Shown one piece after another: positions 58,736 through 64,000 of a stretch of DNA of 64,000 nt (its first letter is position 1; every line of letters starts with the position of its first letter). Position numbers and translations under genes: made by a program. The notes beneath the pieces are model-generated. The model saw only the letters and a list, made by a program, of their open reading frames with translations, searched no databases and was not told where the DNA came from. The DNA is from Sminthopsis crassicaudata (Eukaryota). The DNA is taken from positions 649,552,558 through 649,616,557 of the forward strand of contig NC_133619.1 in NCBI RefSeq assembly GCF_048593235.1, written 5' to 3'.

Positions 58736-59444
58736 CCCATTGAGGTGTCCCAGTCCTGGGGGTCTGGCTCCAGGTCGAGGGGTCCAGAGGCTCCCTCCCC
58801 AACTCCTCAAAGGCTGTGCACCCCTCTCTACATCCTGCTCCCACACCCCTTTTCTCCAAATTCCAATCAGTCCCCTCTCCATCACCAACTAGTTATTGTG
58901 CCTGGCACTGGGGGCTGAAAGGCAACACTAAGACTGCTCCCCCCCCCCAGGAGCTTCCCTCCTCTCAGGAGAGGTGCCTCAGGGAACGGAGCATGAGCCT
59001 AGGGCCGGGAGGACCAGGCTCAAATGCTGGTTCTGAGGCCCTGGCCCAGCCCCCTTTCTTCTCCTGGCCGCTGCGCGTCCATCTCCTAAACCCACTGGGA
59101 GCTGTCGGGAGGTGGGGGAGAAGGCTTCAGGGAGGAGGTTGCTTTGGGTCTGAACTTGGAAGAAGCTCGAGATTCCAAGAGGAGGTGGCCAGGAGCTGTG
59201 CCAGGGCACAGCCCATGGAAGCATGGGACAGGGGGAAGGAAGAGCAGGAAGCGAGGGCACTGAGCCCCCAGGGACCCCACCCTTAGGGACACTGGTAGTC
59301 ACGGAGAGACCCACCCCAGCATTCTAGACTCTTGGGGCCTGGGGCGGGGCCGGCCTGGGTTGTTTGGGTTACCGGGAGAGCTCCTCAGAGACCCCTAGAG
59401 GTCAGGGGAGGAGGAGCCCAAGTTAAGGGATCCTGGGGGGCATC

Positions 59445-61316
<1,872 letters not shown>

Positions 61317-61739
61317 GGGGCACCATGCCACTTGAAAAAAATAGAGCTTTGCTCACAGCCACCCTTGCCTTAATTTTCAGCCTGACCTGGTGTGTGCCTG
61401 TGCTCGTGGGCCTGATGCAAGGCTCCAAGGGGAAAGAGGGGGTAAGGGGTCTTCCTTTGGCCACAGCTAGATCCAGGGCTCTGGGAAAATCTTCTAGGGA
61501 GGCCCTGGAGGCAGTGGGAGATGTGCCCTGTGCTTGCCCAAGCCCCATCCCTCTGGGGAGCAGTCTTCTGGGCGGCAGGACTCCCCCAGGGAGTGGAGCA
61601 AAAGGAAATCTGAGGGAAGGGCCAAGAGCACTCACTGAGGACTCACTGGGCATTGAGTAAACCCTCCTCAGAGCTCAACGGAAACTTCAGGCATCTAGTC
61701 CAACCAGTCCTAGGCTGAAACAAGAACGCTGTTTACAAT

Positions 61740-62050
61740 TTACCTCCACATGGTCATCCAGTTCTTGCTTGAAGCTCTCGAGGGAGCGGGAGCTCACCAC
61801 CTCCAGAAGCAGCTCATTTCACTCTGGGTCAACCTCATTCTTAGGAAACTCAGATCTGCTGGGAATTTCATGCACTGCTTGGCTTCTCCCTTCTGGAGAT
61901 AGAACTAAGCTGATCCCTCTTCCCTGGGGCAGCTTTCCAATACTGAATTTAGCCTCCTTTTCTCAGGGAGAAACACCCCCAGGGCCTTCTCTGGACTACT
62001 GTATCCAGCATTCCAGGCACCTTCCCTTGGGAAGAGCAGAACTAGATAGC
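61740..62050 (-). mobile_element. CR1/L3 3' fragment
   Basis: tggtcatccagt..cttgaag...ggagctcaccacctcc is the reverse of the CR1 3' motif. Confidence 0.5.
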
Positions 62051-62114
62051 TGATCTAATCAGGCCCCAATACAAACAAGACCTTTGCCTCCCTGGAGGGA
62101 GGGCCATTATAATG

Positions 62115-62285
62115 TTTTATATATATATATATATATACAATATTATAATCATAATTATTGATATATATTATACATTATAATATATATTAATATAATATAT
62201 TATTAATTATATAATAAAATATATTAATTAATATAACATATTATAATAATATACTATAATATACATTATATAATGTATAATATCC
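62115..62285. repeat. AT-rich (TA/TAA) low-complexity tract
   Basis: Read directly from the sequence. Confidence 0.9.
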
Positions 62286-62987
62286 TGGACATTAAGCCAC
62301 TCTCCCCCCGAAGACCTAAGATTGCTCTAGTTTCTATGTTCTAGTTTCCACATCACTCCAGTGTCTTGTTTGTAGTCCACTAAGACCTTGAGTCTCTTTC
62401 TTTCTTCCCCGCCCTTCTCCAACCTCTCTCCCTATTAGACTTGTGGTTTCCTTGGTGTAAGGAAATCAACAATGAGGAAACTTCCTCCTCTGATGCAGAT
62501 GGGGAACTGTCCTGTAACTTAAAAGTTTCAAGGAGCCGCTCAGGGCACCAAGAGGTTAAGTGGTTGGGACCAGAAAGCCTGTGCATGCCGCCAGCAGGTA
62601 GGTCCGGCCATCAAGGCTCCCTGTCTCCAAGGACAACTCTCTATGAGGGCCTCCTGGACGGATTACCCACGAGCCCTCCTTTCGACATGTTTGTCAGACC
62701 TTGGATTTTGCTAAATTACATTTCATCACCTTCCACTGACCCGAGACCTGGAGCAGAGAGGAAGTCATTTTTCTGAGGGTGACACTTAACTGACATAGTA
62801 CTCTGCTGCCTCCTCGTGTCATGGACGTGGGCCCAGTATTTTTGCCAGCCAAGTCAGCAGAGCCCAAGAGGCTCACTATCACCACGCTGATCCCCAAGGA
62901 GCGGAGGGTGCCAGCCAGAACTGGAAGGAGACTGCGGATTGCTTATAACTCATTCCTTGGGTGCATTTTGTTCAGCTTGGCCTAGCC

Positions 62988-63158
62988 CAGTGGTCCTCAA
63001 GACTTTTGAAATGGGGGGCCAGTTCACTGTCCCTCAGACTGTTGGAGGGCCGGACTATAGTAAAAACAAAAGCTCACACTCTGTTTCCATCCCTCAGCCC
63101 ATTTGCCATAACCCGGCGGGCCGCATAAATGTCCTCAGCCATAGTTTGAGAATCCCTG
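62988..63158 (+). mobile_element. hAT/Charlie non-autonomous MITE (OC1-like), 171 bp
   Basis: Imperfect TIRs cagtggtcctcaa / ttgagaatccctg; 8-bp TSD gcctagcc / gcctaggc; internal ggccagttcactgtccctcagac..tggagggccggactatagt as recalled for OC1-type MITEs. Confidence 0.7.
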
Positions 63159-63665
63159 GCCTAGGCTCTGAAGAGTCTTTGGGAAGTCCTGGGGACATCC
63201 GCCTATTTCCAAGCTTACGCCACCTTTGGGCCTCAACTCTTGTGATCAATATGCCAATTTTTTCACAATACCGAGAATTTCTTTTGTGTGTGTGTGGCAA
63301 TAAGTGACTTGCCCAGAGTCATATGGCTAGTATGTGTCTCACCTGGATTAGAATTTAGGAAGATGAGAACTCCTAATTCCAGGGCTGGGGCTCTGTGCTC
63401 TGCTCCACCTGGTTGTCCCTCAAAGAGGATTTCATTTGGCCCTGTACTTACGAACTTACGGCAAGAGTAGCCACAGGTTCTCTTCTGAAGTTCTCAGAGA
63501 TCTCCCCTAGCCCTATCCTTTCCTTCCTGAAAGTAGAGAAGAAAAATCCAAGCAGGAGTCTAATTGTTCACCTTTCCTTCACCCATGTACTCCTGCAAAC
63601 CCCCTCCCAGAGCCACTGAACAGTGTGCTCTATTTGCTGTTCTTTCCCCCAGTATTGCTGCTTAG

Positions 63666-63893
63666 AGGCACAGTGGGGAGCCCGCATGTCTGGGAACAGG
63701 AAAACTCATCTTCCCAAGTTCAAATCCAACCTCAGACACATACTAGCCATTTAACTCTTCACTCTGTTTGCCTCAGTTGTGTGAGCAGTAAAATGAGCTG
63801 GAGAAAGAAATGGTGAACCACTCTAGTATCTTTACCCAGAAGACCCCAAATGGGGTCAGGAAGGGTCAGATGCCACTGAAATAACTGAACAAG
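63666..63893 (+). mobile_element. MAR1-type CORE-SINE
   Basis: gagttcaaatcc-like B box, core tgcctcagtt..taaaatgagctggagaa.gaaatgg..aaccactc.agtatcttt.cc.agaa.accccaaatggggtca, tail actgaacaa. Confidence 0.8.
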
Positions 63894-64000
63894 TACCCTT
63901 AACATTCTTTGACAACCTCAGATCATTAAATACTTTTGTCCTGATAGTTTTATAGGGCTCTGCCTCATTTTGACATTCAGCTTCAGTTACATGCTCTTAG

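Noticed and set aside
61325-61660. 111-aa ORF with a hydrophobic N-terminus just after the TMEM190 stop
   Set aside because: The variant signal AATAGA at 61340-61345 probably ends the mRNA ~20 nt later; no homology; not TMEM238, which I could not find in this window.

Overview
Vertebrate genomic DNA from a marsupial, probably a dasyurid (inferred from WSINE1-type SINEs, MAR1, RTE, an OC1-like hAT MITE and marsupial-type L1/ERV2). The window is syntenic with human 19q13.42. I reconstructed the genes by hand from GT-AG boundaries with consistent phases and by similarity to recalled human proteins: the last 5 coding exons of BRSK1 (+), TMEM150B (-, 231 aa), KMT5C/SUV420H2 (+, 468 aa), COX6B2 (-, 78 aa), GARIN5B/FAM71E2 (-, ~763 aa, least certain), IL11 (-, 206 aa) and TMEM190 (+, 187 aa). 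An AT-rich island of nested transposons (~23.6-38.2 kb) separates COX6B2 from GARIN5B. There are several minisatellites and three assembly gaps. I see no CRISPR array, RNA gene or demonstrably new biological system, and most long ORFs in the track are GC-rich or tandem-repeat artefacts. Best leads: (1) a 7x16-aa basic SPKH repeat in GARIN5B; (2) a rearranged ERV2 insertion in GARIN5B's last intron carrying a TATA/AATAAA/poly(A) cassette in the host's sense; (3) a G-rich 20-bp VNTR directly upstream of the IL11 AP-1/TATA promoter; (4) homotypic motif arrays (RFX X-boxes in BRSK1, nine CCAAT boxes at KMT5C); (5) a strong-Kozak uORF overlapping the KMT5C start. No database search was run; comparisons with human sequences and repeat families are from memory.
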